A stretch of DNA of 64,000 nt from Acidimicrobiia bacterium (GTDB lineage: Bacteria; Actinomycetota; Acidimicrobiia; Spongiisociales; ZC4RG35): NCBI GenBank assembly GCA_035462175.1, contig DATHUP010000025.1, forward strand, positions 12,447 to 76,446, read 5' to 3'. Within the stretch, counting starts at the first letter, position 1; each line of letters opens with the position of its first letter. Shown here piece after piece: positions 43,793 through 51,218 of this stretch. The notes under the pieces are model-generated. The model was not told the origin of the DNA, searched no databases, and worked only from the letters and a program-made list of their open reading frames with translations. Position numbers and translations under genes: made by a program.

Positions 43793-44443
43793 TCAGCCAG
43801 ACAAGTCGGCCGCGATGGCGGCAACCTCCGACGGCTCGGCCCGACGACGGTGGTTGAGGTCCACGAATGCGTAGCGGATCATGCCCTTGCGATCGATCAC
43901 GTATGTGGCCGGAATCGGCAGCTCCCACTTCCCGGTGCCGTTCAACGTCCCGATGTCACGGCCATGGTCGAGATACATCTCGATGTTCTCGGGGATCATC
44001 TCGTAGACGAGATTGAACTGCTTGGCCACCAGGTTGTCGTAGTCGGAGAGGACCGGGAACTCGAGCTCGAGCTTCTCGACCGTGCTCATGGTGACGTCCG
44101 GCGTATTGGGCGAGATCGCCACCAGGGTGGCCCCCGCCGACTCGACTTCGCCGAGCGCGCGCTGCAACCCGCGCAGCTCGAGGTTGCAGAAAGGGCACCA
44201 TTGACCGCGATAGAAGGAGACGATCACCGGGCCTTTCTCCCGCAGGTCGGCCAACCGGACCGGGCGGCCCATCGCGTCGGGAAGTTCGAAGTCGGGGGCG
44301 GTGTCTCCCTCCCGAAGCACCCGTTCTTCGATTCCGGACGCCTCGAGAGCTTCGGCTGCCCTCTCGTACATGGCCCGACGCTCCGGAGGGAGATCGGCCC
44401 AACCCTGTGACGCTCGCTGTGCGAGCTCTTCGGCCAGACTCAT
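43793..44443 (-). CDS. peroxiredoxin-like (AhpC/TSA family) protein
   Basis: GDTAPDFELPDAMGRPVRLADL..GPVIVSFYRGQWCPFCNLEL. Confidence 0.8.
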   Translation of the reverse strand: MSLAEELAQRASQGWADLPPERRAMYERAAEALEASGIEERVLREGDTAPDFELPDAMGRPVRLADLREKGPVIVSFYRGQWCPFCNLELRGLQRALGEVESAGATLVAISPNTPDVTMSTVEKLELEFPVLSDYDNLVAKQFNLVYEMIPENIEMYLDHGRDIGTLNGTGKWELPIPATYVIDRKGMIRYAFVDLNHRRRAEPSEVAAIAADLSG

Positions 44444-44530
44444 CCCGCCAGGTTAAGCCATGACATTCGCCTCTCCCGCCAGGACTCTGAAATGCGTCTC
44501 CGCCAACTGATAGTGGACACCGAGCCCCTG

Positions 44531-44890
44531 ATGGCGGTGCTGGGCGGAGGTTTGGTCGGATCTGCCGCCCGGGCCGGGATCGGCCAGGTCTTACCGACCG
44601 CGCCAGGTGCGTTTCCCGTCGCCACCTTGATGGTGAATCTCATCGGGTCGCTTTTCCTCGGCGTCTATCTCGCCCGCAGGGAACGCGCCGCGACGATCCG
44701 TTGGTCGCTTCAGTTCTGGGCGATCGGAGTGCTGGGATCGTTCACGACCTTCTCCGCCTTCAGCCTCGACGTCGTTCATCTCCTCGATGCCAATCGGCCA
44801 ATGCCGGCCCTCGGCTACGTGACTGCCTCCGTCATCGGAGGGCTGCTCCTCGCTCTGACCGGCCAAAGACTCGGCTCGAGCTTCCGATGA
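44531..44890 (+). CDS. crcB: fluoride channel CrcB/FluC, subunit 1
   Basis: MAVLGGGLVGSAARAGIG..ATLMVNLIGSLFLG..GVLGSFTTFSAFS. The track start at 44492 is probably too far upstream. Confidence 0.85.
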   Translation: MAVLGGGLVGSAARAGIGQVLPTAPGAFPVATLMVNLIGSLFLGVYLARRERAATIRWSLQFWAIGVLGSFTTFSAFSLDVVHLLDANRPMPALGYVTASVIGGLLLALTGQRLGSSFR

Positions 44891-45237
44891 CGCTTCTGCT
44901 CGCGACACTCGCCGGTGCTGTCGGGGCGGTATGCCGATATCTCCTCTCCGGATGGGTGCAGCAGCAAACGCGGTCGGATTTCCCGCTGGGAACACTCGCC
45001 GTCAACCTGGTCGGAGCGTTCCTCCTCGGTCTCCTCGCCGGGACCGAGGCGCTTCAGTCGGCGGCGGCTCTGGCCGGTGCCGGATTCCTCGGAGGTTTCA
45101 CCACCTTCTCGACATGGATGATCGAAACCATTCGACTCGGCATCCCACCCCTCAGAGGGAGAGCCGTGGCCAACCTCGCCCTCACCTTCCTCGCCGGCGT
45201 CGCGCTCGCCGCAGTCGGCTATAGCCTGACCAACTGA
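44887..45237 (+). CDS. crcB: fluoride channel CrcB/FluC, subunit 2
   Basis: Its ATG overlaps the upstream TGA (ATGA). LAGAVGAVCRYLL..LAVNLVGAFLLG..FLGGFTTFSTW. Confidence 0.85.
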   Translation: MTLLLATLAGAVGAVCRYLLSGWVQQQTRSDFPLGTLAVNLVGAFLLGLLAGTEALQSAAALAGAGFLGGFTTFSTWMIETIRLGIPPLRGRAVANLALTFLAGVALAAVGYSLTN

Positions 45238-45246
45238 CGGGAGAAA

Positions 45247-45597
45247 ATGATGGACCAACAGTCAGACGCCCGGTTGCTCCGGATCTTCATCGGCGAGTCC
45301 GATACCTACGACGGACGCCCGCTCTATCAAGCCATCGTCGAGACTCTTCGGCGGGAGGGTCTGGCCGGAACCACGGTTCTCAGGGGAATCGAAGGTTTTG
45401 GCAAATCCAGCCGCCTCCACACCGCCCACATCCTTCGCCTCTCCGAGGACCTTCCCATCGTCATCGAATGCGTCGACACGGGCGACAAGGTCGAGGCCGT
45501 GCTCCCCGCCCTCGACGAGATGATCGGTGATGGCCTGGTCACCCTGGAACGAGTCGAAGTCCGCGTCTACCGGGCCGGTACAGACGACACCAGCTGA
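45247..45597 (+). CDS. DUF190-family (PII-like) protein commonly linked to crcB
   Basis: LLRIFIGESDTYDGRPLYQAIVETLRREGLAGTTVLRGIEGFG. Confidence 0.8.
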   Translation: MMDQQSDARLLRIFIGESDTYDGRPLYQAIVETLRREGLAGTTVLRGIEGFGKSSRLHTAHILRLSEDLPIVIECVDTGDKVEAVLPALDEMIGDGLVTLERVEVRVYRAGTDDTS

Positions 45598-45613
45598 GCT
45601 CGCCACCGGGATC

Positions 45614-45638
45614 GGCGGGTTTATGTCGGCAACCCGCC
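45614..45638 (+). terminator. stem-loop after the crcB-DUF190 operon
   Basis: GGCGGGTT-tatgtcggc-AACCCGCC is a perfect 8-bp stem, followed by TT. Confidence 0.4.
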
Positions 45639-45657
45639 TTACGATCGGGGCCAGACA

Positions 45658-46497
45658 GTGACCCGCCCGACCCGAGCCCACCCCGACAGAGAGCCACGTT
45701 TCCAGGGAAACAGGGCGGCCGCCCGGCTCGTGCTCCTGCTGATTGTCGTGTTGGCCGGTGCCTGTCAGGACGCCGCGGGCGAGGGAGAGGAGGTCCTCGA
45801 CTTCGCCCAGATCGCCGAGGCGGGACCGACCATCGAGACGAGTCCGAGCGGGATCAGTGCCGTCCTCCAAGTGACCACCACAATCGACGCGGTTTGCGCA
45901 GTGGCCTATGGCGAAACCGAAGCCCTGGGCAAGCTGGCCACCGACCAGGAGATGGGGGCGGGCGGCCACTCCGACCACGAGGTACTTCTCACCGGTCTCG
46001 CACCCGACACCGAGCACTTCTACCGGCTGCAGGGGGTGGGGGCGGACGGACGGCTCTACCGAAGCGAGATCCTCACCTTCAGGACGCCGCCAGCCTCCGA
46101 GGTACTCCCAGGGCGGAATGCGGCGGTCGACTCCGAGGTGGTCGAGGTCAGCTCGCAGTTCTCCGAGGATTTCTCCGCGGTCAACGCCATCGACGGCGAT
46201 CCCGCCACGGAGTGGTCAACGGCGGGCGATGGTGACGACGCCTACCTGGTCATCGACCTGGGTCGGGAGGTCGAGGTCATCGCAGTCGGCTTCCATACCC
46301 GGTCCATGTCCGATGGGAGCGCCACCGCCGAGACCTTTACCGTGACGGTCGACGACACCGCCACCCATGGCCCCTTCCCGGCGGGCCGTGCCGATATCTC
46401 TTTTGTCGGACAGGTGATCCGATTCGAAGTGGACTCCTCCACCGGAGGCAACACCGGAGCTACCGAGATCGAGGTGTTCGAGAGCTCCTCATCATGA
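45658..46497 (+). CDS. secreted (possibly lipoprotein) FN3-like plus discoidin/F5-8 type C domain protein
   Basis: Signal peptide with ...VVLAGAC. HEVLLTGLAPDTEHFYRL is FN3 / purple-acid-phosphatase-N-like. AVNAIDGDPATEWSTAGDGDDAYLVIDLG is the discoidin motif. Confidence 0.65.
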   Translation: MTRPTRAHPDREPRFQGNRAAARLVLLLIVVLAGACQDAAGEGEEVLDFAQIAEAGPTIETSPSGISAVLQVTTTIDAVCAVAYGETEALGKLATDQEMGAGGHSDHEVLLTGLAPDTEHFYRLQGVGADGRLYRSEILTFRTPPASEVLPGRNAAVDSEVVEVSSQFSEDFSAVNAIDGDPATEWSTAGDGDDAYLVIDLGREVEVIAVGFHTRSMSDGSATAETFTVTVDDTATHGPFPAGRADISFVGQVIRFEVDSSTGGNTGATEIEVFESSSS

Positions 46498-46564
46498 CGA
46501 TCCGGCTGGCAGGGGCCGACCCTGGGTTGAGTCTCTTCGCCTCGCCCGGCGACTGGCAGCCGAT

Positions 46565-47638
46565 TTAGGTGGCCAACGAGTCGAGTCTTCGATCGTAGGT
46601 CGGAGCCAGCCGGTCCCACGAGTAATGCCCCATCGCCGACGGCAGACCCGGCGGCGCGGTCGGATCGGCCAGGGCTGTCGTGAGAGCCTCGACCAACCCG
46701 CCGTCGCGGTAGAGCACGTCATCGTGGTACTCGTCGGGGATGAGCCAGGGATAGGAGAGCCGATAGGGCAGCACCGGCCTAGAGCCGGCGGCGATGGCTT
46801 CGACCACCGAGACGCCGAAGAACTCTTGGAGGGCGGTGGATACGACCACGTCGCAGCTCGAGAGCAATTGGCGGTATAGGTCCAATGGCGCCTTCGCGTC
46901 GTGGACGATCCGGGACCCGGCGATCTCCCGAATGCGGGTCAGCGCCGGTGGGGCATGGGGAGGGCGCGGCCCGAGCAACACGAGCTCGAACTCCAGCTTC
47001 GCCTCGATCAGTCGTCCGACGGCATCCGCGAAGGAGTCGGGGTCCTTGTCGTGGTCCCAACGGTGATTCCAAAGGATTCGGGGTGGACCCTCCGGTGCGG
47101 GGCGCTGCCCGATCCAGGAGAGGTCGACCCCGACGGGGAGGACTTCACTGCGAGCGGCGACTTCCTCGATGAGATGTTCGTGGGTGAGGTCAGGGAAATT
47201 GCGTAGCAACCTCGGGAGGGAGTCGAAGAACACGTCGAGGTGGTACACCGAGTTGAAGAAGACGTGGTCGGCGGAGTAGGCGGAGAGCCAGTTGGTCAAC
47301 GAATAGGACAGATCGGGCTCACTCCCGTTCGATGCCGGGTAGGTGAGTTGGGACTCATGGAAGTACAGAGCGGTGGGCACCTCGCCGACGAAAGGCCGGG
47401 CGAAGGTGCGGAACTGGGCCAGATCCACCATGTCCGTGGCCAGGATCAGATCCGGCTGCCAACCCTCCAACCCGGCAAGCGACCGGGCCAGGGTGAGAGC
47501 CGATCCCCGCATTCGCCACTTCCACCATCGACCCGGATGCGACACCAGCCTCACCTCGTGTCGGGAGCGGGCGGCGTATCCCAAGGCCCAGGAGCGATGG
47601 GAGCCGGTGAAGTAGGGCTCTACGAGCAAGATGTTCAA
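46565..47638 (-). CDS. DUF3524-containing group-1 glycosyltransferase
   Basis: TTG start. NILLVEPYFTGSHRSWALGY is the DUF3524 N-terminus. The C-terminal EFFGVSVVEAIAAG is the GT1 motif. Confidence 0.7.
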   Translation of the reverse strand: MNILLVEPYFTGSHRSWALGYAARSRHEVRLVSHPGRWWKWRMRGSALTLARSLAGLEGWQPDLILATDMVDLAQFRTFARPFVGEVPTALYFHESQLTYPASNGSEPDLSYSLTNWLSAYSADHVFFNSVYHLDVFFDSLPRLLRNFPDLTHEHLIEEVAARSEVLPVGVDLSWIGQRPAPEGPPRILWNHRWDHDKDPDSFADAVGRLIEAKLEFELVLLGPRPPHAPPALTRIREIAGSRIVHDAKAPLDLYRQLLSSCDVVVSTALQEFFGVSVVEAIAAGSRPVLPYRLSYPWLIPDEYHDDVLYRDGGLVEALTTALADPTAPPGLPSAMGHYSWDRLAPTYDRRLDSLAT

Positions 47639-47745
47639 TGTGGCCAGGTAACTCTCCCCTTACGTTAGAGTAGGGTACCTAGACCTGTCCGCTTGCCCGA
47701 TCGGGCCCCGCCACGACAGGAATCCCCGGTTCCCTAGGAACATCG

Positions 47746-48138
47746 ATGATCGACAACCATTTTCAGATTGGCGAGGTGGCCGAGAGCCTCGGCTTGTCGC
47801 TGCGCACCATCCGCTACTACGAGGAGATCGGCCTGGTCACTCCCTCGGGCCGGACCGAGGGCGGGTTCCGGCTGTACACCGACGCCGATATCGAGCGCTT
47901 GCGTTTGGTCAAGGCGTTGAAGCCCGTAGGGATGTCCTTGGGGACGTTGGGCGAGTTGATCGAATGCGTCGATCTTCTTCGCGACGGCGCCCCGGCCGAG
48001 GCCGGCGAGGCGGAGAGACGTCTCGAGGGTGTCATCGCCTTGGCTTTGGACCGCTGTGACCAGATGGAGGAGCTTCTCGGCGCGGCTCGGGACACCCTCA
48101 ATCGGCTCTCGGTCCGTGGAGCACGGGCGAGCCGATGA
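47746..48138 (+). CDS. MerR-family transcriptional regulator (no metal-binding Cys pair)
   Basis: FQIGEVAESLGLSLRTIRYYEEIGLVTPSGRTEGGFRLYTDADIERLRLVKAL. Confidence 0.85.
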   Translation: MIDNHFQIGEVAESLGLSLRTIRYYEEIGLVTPSGRTEGGFRLYTDADIERLRLVKALKPVGMSLGTLGELIECVDLLRDGAPAEAGEAERRLEGVIALALDRCDQMEELLGAARDTLNRLSVRGARASR

Positions 48139-49706
48139 CCGCATCGATCCAGGCGGAGGCCGACCGTCGTCGCACTTTCGCCATCATCTCCCATCCCGAC
48201 GCCGGGAAGACAACCCTCACCGAGAAGCTCCTGCTCTATTCGGGAGCCATCGCCGAGGCCGGTTCGGTTCGGGCTCGGGCCGGGCGCCAGCGCGATGTGA
48301 CCTCCGATTGGATGGATTTGGAGCGGCAGCGGGGCATTTCGATCAGCTCGACGGTTCTTCAGTTCCCCCATGACGGTCTGGTGTTCAACCTGTTGGACAC
48401 ACCGGGTCACCGTGACTTCTCCGAGGACACATATCGCGTGCTCTCGGCGGTCGACGCCGCGGTCATCGTCATCGATGCGGCCCGTGGTATCGAGTCTCAG
48501 ACCCTGAAGCTCTTCCAGGTTGCCCAGGCCCGTGGTCTGCCTCTGATCACCTTTGTCAACAAGATGGATCGCCCCGGGCTCGGCCCGCTGGCGCTGATCG
48601 ACGACATCGAGGCCCGGCTCGGGATCAAGGCAACCCCGGTCACCTGGCCGGTCGGGATCGGCCCCGAATTCGAGGGAGTGGTCGATCGGCGGGACGGTTC
48701 ATTGTGGAGGTTCGAGCGGACTGCCAGGGGCGGAAGCATTGGCGACGAGGACCGTGCCCGGCTCGACATGGTGGAGACGAGCCCGAATCGGGGCCAGGCA
48801 GTCCAGGAGCTGGGACTGCTCGATGCGGTGGAGGCCGATCACGACCAGAAGCGTTTCCTCGCCGGGGAGTCGACGCCGGTGTTCTTCGGATCGGCGCTGT
48901 GGAATTTTGGGGTGCGTCTCCTCCTCGACGCCATCGCCGAGATCGCCCTCGCCCCCCAAGCGCGGACCGTGATCGGAGGCGAGCCCAAACACCTCGATGA
49001 CGGATTGTCGGGCTTCGTGTTCAAGATCCAGGCCAACCTCGACGCCCGCCACCGCGACCGTATCGCTTTCATGCGGGTCTGCTCGGGTCGATTCGAACGC
49101 GGCATGACCCTTGTCAACCAGCGGACGGGTCGCGGCTTTTCCACCAAACATGCCCACCAGGTTTTCGGCAGAGACCGGGAGACGGTCGATGTGGCCTACC
49201 CGGGAGACGTGGTCGGCCTGGTCAATGCGGCCGATCTCAAGATCGGGGACAGTCTCAGCGTCGACGGCAGGGCGCTGTTCCCGCCGATCCCGACATTTGC
49301 CCCCGAGCACTTCAGGATCGCCCGTAACTTGGACACCGCCCGGTACAAGCAGTTCCGAAAGGGGATCACCCAGCTCGACGAGGAGGGTGTGATCCAAGCC
49401 CTGAACACCTTCGAAGGCGGGGAACGGGAGCCGATCCTCGCCGCCGTCGGTGAACTCCAGTTCGAAGTGGCCCTGCACCGGCTCCGCAACGAGTTCGGCG
49501 CCCACCCCCAGTTCGATCCTGCTCCCTATTCGGTGGCACGTCGCACCGACGGGCAGGGAAGATCAATCCTGGCCGGACGGAGGGGCGTGGAGATAGCCAC
49601 CCGCTCCGACGGAACCATCCTCGCCCTGTTCACCGGGCAGGGTTGGCTGGACGGGATCCGCCGCGACCACCCCGAGTTGACCCTCGACCCGATCGTCGGG
49701 GTTTGA
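48135..49706 (+). CDS. prfC: peptide chain release factor 3
   Basis: RTFAIISHPDAGKTTLTEKLLLYSGAI.., LLDTPGHRDF, FVNKMDR. 523 aa. Its ATG overlaps the MerR stop (ATGA). Confidence 0.9.
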   Translation: MTASIQAEADRRRTFAIISHPDAGKTTLTEKLLLYSGAIAEAGSVRARAGRQRDVTSDWMDLERQRGISISSTVLQFPHDGLVFNLLDTPGHRDFSEDTYRVLSAVDAAVIVIDAARGIESQTLKLFQVAQARGLPLITFVNKMDRPGLGPLALIDDIEARLGIKATPVTWPVGIGPEFEGVVDRRDGSLWRFERTARGGSIGDEDRARLDMVETSPNRGQAVQELGLLDAVEADHDQKRFLAGESTPVFFGSALWNFGVRLLLDAIAEIALAPQARTVIGGEPKHLDDGLSGFVFKIQANLDARHRDRIAFMRVCSGRFERGMTLVNQRTGRGFSTKHAHQVFGRDRETVDVAYPGDVVGLVNAADLKIGDSLSVDGRALFPPIPTFAPEHFRIARNLDTARYKQFRKGITQLDEEGVIQALNTFEGGEREPILAAVGELQFEVALHRLRNEFGAHPQFDPAPYSVARRTDGQGRSILAGRRGVEIATRSDGTILALFTGQGWLDGIRRDHPELTLDPIVGV

Positions 49707-49809
49707 GAACTCTGCAAGATCACGAAAACGGCGGACAGGCGCCGAACCATCCTTCCCTGTCGACTTTCGCCGGCTCCACCGGCCATATGAAGAGACGAAT
49801 CGAGACGAC

Positions 49810-50313
49810 ATGACACGACAAAGACCGAAAAACCGAATCGACGAGAAGAATCGCACTCCGATCCGGCTGAACCTGGCCATCGAGATTCCAGAAGCTCGGG
49901 AGGAGGTGTTCTCGTATCTGTCCCATTTGGAGAACAACCCTCACTGGAACTGGGCAGTCCTGGCCACGACACCTCTCGACGGCCCACCCAGTCGCGGAAC
50001 CCGGTACATCCAGCACCGAACCTGGCCCCGTGCCGGCAGCGACCTGCTCGAAGTAACGACCTATGAGCCCCCGCGTCTTCTCGCTGTCAGCGGGGCGCTG
50101 GACGAAGGCGAAGTTCGCTACCACTATGAGTTGACCGACATGACACCGTCGCGAACTCGACTCAACATCACGGTGGAACTGGACTCCGAGATCCCAGAAC
50201 GGGGAGCCAACCTCTATACGGCCCGGCTCGGCGCCGCCCTCTCCACGAACCTGGAGGCCCTCAGGTCGATCCTCACAGGGGAACGACTGTCGAGCGTCGC
50301 CTCGACAGGATGA
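49810..50313 (+). CDS. SRPBCC (polyketide-cyclase/START-like) family protein
   Basis: 167 aa. IEIPEAREEVFSYLSHLENNPHWNW..YELTDMTPSRTRLNITVEL. Confidence 0.6.
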   Translation: MTRQRPKNRIDEKNRTPIRLNLAIEIPEAREEVFSYLSHLENNPHWNWAVLATTPLDGPPSRGTRYIQHRTWPRAGSDLLEVTTYEPPRLLAVSGALDEGEVRYHYELTDMTPSRTRLNITVELDSEIPERGANLYTARLGAALSTNLEALRSILTGERLSSVASTG

Positions 50314-50427
50314 GCGGTACCACCGGCCGGATTGAGGGATGATCCCTGCAAATCCCTGGCAAAGGTGACTTTCTCCCCTGGCGGCGACAACCCAAACAAA
50401 CGAACGTTTGTGGGGAAAGGAGCCGCA

Positions 50428-50820
50428 ATGGACGACTACATCCTCTTCGACATACCCGGGGGAGTCGAGCCTGCCGACGGCGGGTTCCTGGAGCAATTGG
50501 GACACCGGGTGATGGTGTGCCCGGGGCCGGCATCGGGGACGCTTTGCCCCATCCTCAGCGGGGAAGGATGCGAGCTGGCCGAGTCGGCCCACGGGATTGT
50601 CTTCGAGCTCGATCTGGAGCGGGCGCAACATCGAGCCATCCTCGCCAAGTACAAGGAGAAGTTGCGTAGCGACGTGCCGATCCGGGTGGTGGTACGGCCC
50701 GGTCAGGCCGAGAAGTACCCGGAGCTGATCAAGGGTCTCAAGCTGTGGACGCATACTCCGGTGGCCGGGGATCTCGACGCCCTGGCAGCAGAGGTCGAGG
50801 CGGCAGACCGCAGCGCATGA
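50428..50820 (+). CDS. hypothetical Cys-containing protein (130 aa)
   Basis: GGAAAGGAG SD followed by ATG 50428. Contains VCPGPASGTLCPILSGEGC (C-x9-C-x7-C). No family recognised. Confidence 0.5.
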   Translation: MDDYILFDIPGGVEPADGGFLEQLGHRVMVCPGPASGTLCPILSGEGCELAESAHGIVFELDLERAQHRAILAKYKEKLRSDVPIRVVVRPGQAEKYPELIKGLKLWTHTPVAGDLDALAAEVEAADRSA

Positions 50821-50848
50821 ATCGGATCTGACCGCATTCAATGCCGGG

Positions 50849-50894
50849 CTTGACTGCTTCGGCGCCGTCTTATACAGTACCCCCCTAGGGTATA
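50849..50894 (+). promoter_or_regulatory. promoter and candidate CsoR operator of the csoR-copB operon
   Basis: TTGACT (50849-50854), 17-nt spacer, TACAGT. The pseudo-palindrome TATACAGTACCCCCCTAGGGTATA (50871-50894) overlaps the -10 region. It contains TACCC-N5-GGGTA and outer TATAC/GTATA arms. Confidence 0.6.
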
Positions 50895-50913
50895 GGACGG
50901 CGAAGGAGCGATC

Positions 50914-51198
50914 GTGCGCGGCTACGAGATCAACAAGGACGACTATCTGAAGCGTCTGGCCCGGATCGAAGGTCAGGTTCGTGGTCTGCAACGGATGATC
51001 AACGAGGACAAGTACTGCATCGACGTCCTCACCCAGGTGAATGCGGTCTCGGCGGCGTTGAAGGGCGTCGCCGTCGGCCTCCTCGACGAGCACGTTCGTC
51101 ACTGCGTGAGGGAAGCCACCGATGCCGGCGACCGAACCACCGCCGACCAGATGGTCAACGAAGCGACCAAGGCAATCGAGCGGCTGGTCCGCTCCTGA
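50914..51198 (+). CDS. csoR: CsoR-family Cu(I)-sensing repressor (second copy)
   Basis: LKRLARIEGQVRGLQRMINEDKYCIDVLTQVNAV..DEHVRHC gives Cys-x24-His-x3-Cys. GTG start with a GAAGGAG SD. Confidence 0.85.
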   Translation: MRGYEINKDDYLKRLARIEGQVRGLQRMINEDKYCIDVLTQVNAVSAALKGVAVGLLDEHVRHCVREATDAGDRTTADQMVNEATKAIERLVRS

Positions 51199-51218
51199 GC
51201 ATCGGAAAAGGAGGACCC

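Noticed and set aside
44444-44530. Possible fluoride (crcB-motif) riboswitch in the 87-nt leader of crcB
   Set aside because: Only scattered resemblances are present (CCGCCAAC, CUGAUGG). I could not build the conserved P1 hairpin, the GAUGG loop or the pseudoknot pairing by eye. A covariance-model search (Rfam RF01734) would settle it.
47650-47700. CCCTTACGTTAGAGTAGGG imperfect dyad upstream of the second MerR gene, considered as its operator
   Set aside because: The arms are short and imperfect, and no convincing -35/-10 with a long spacer could be placed around it.
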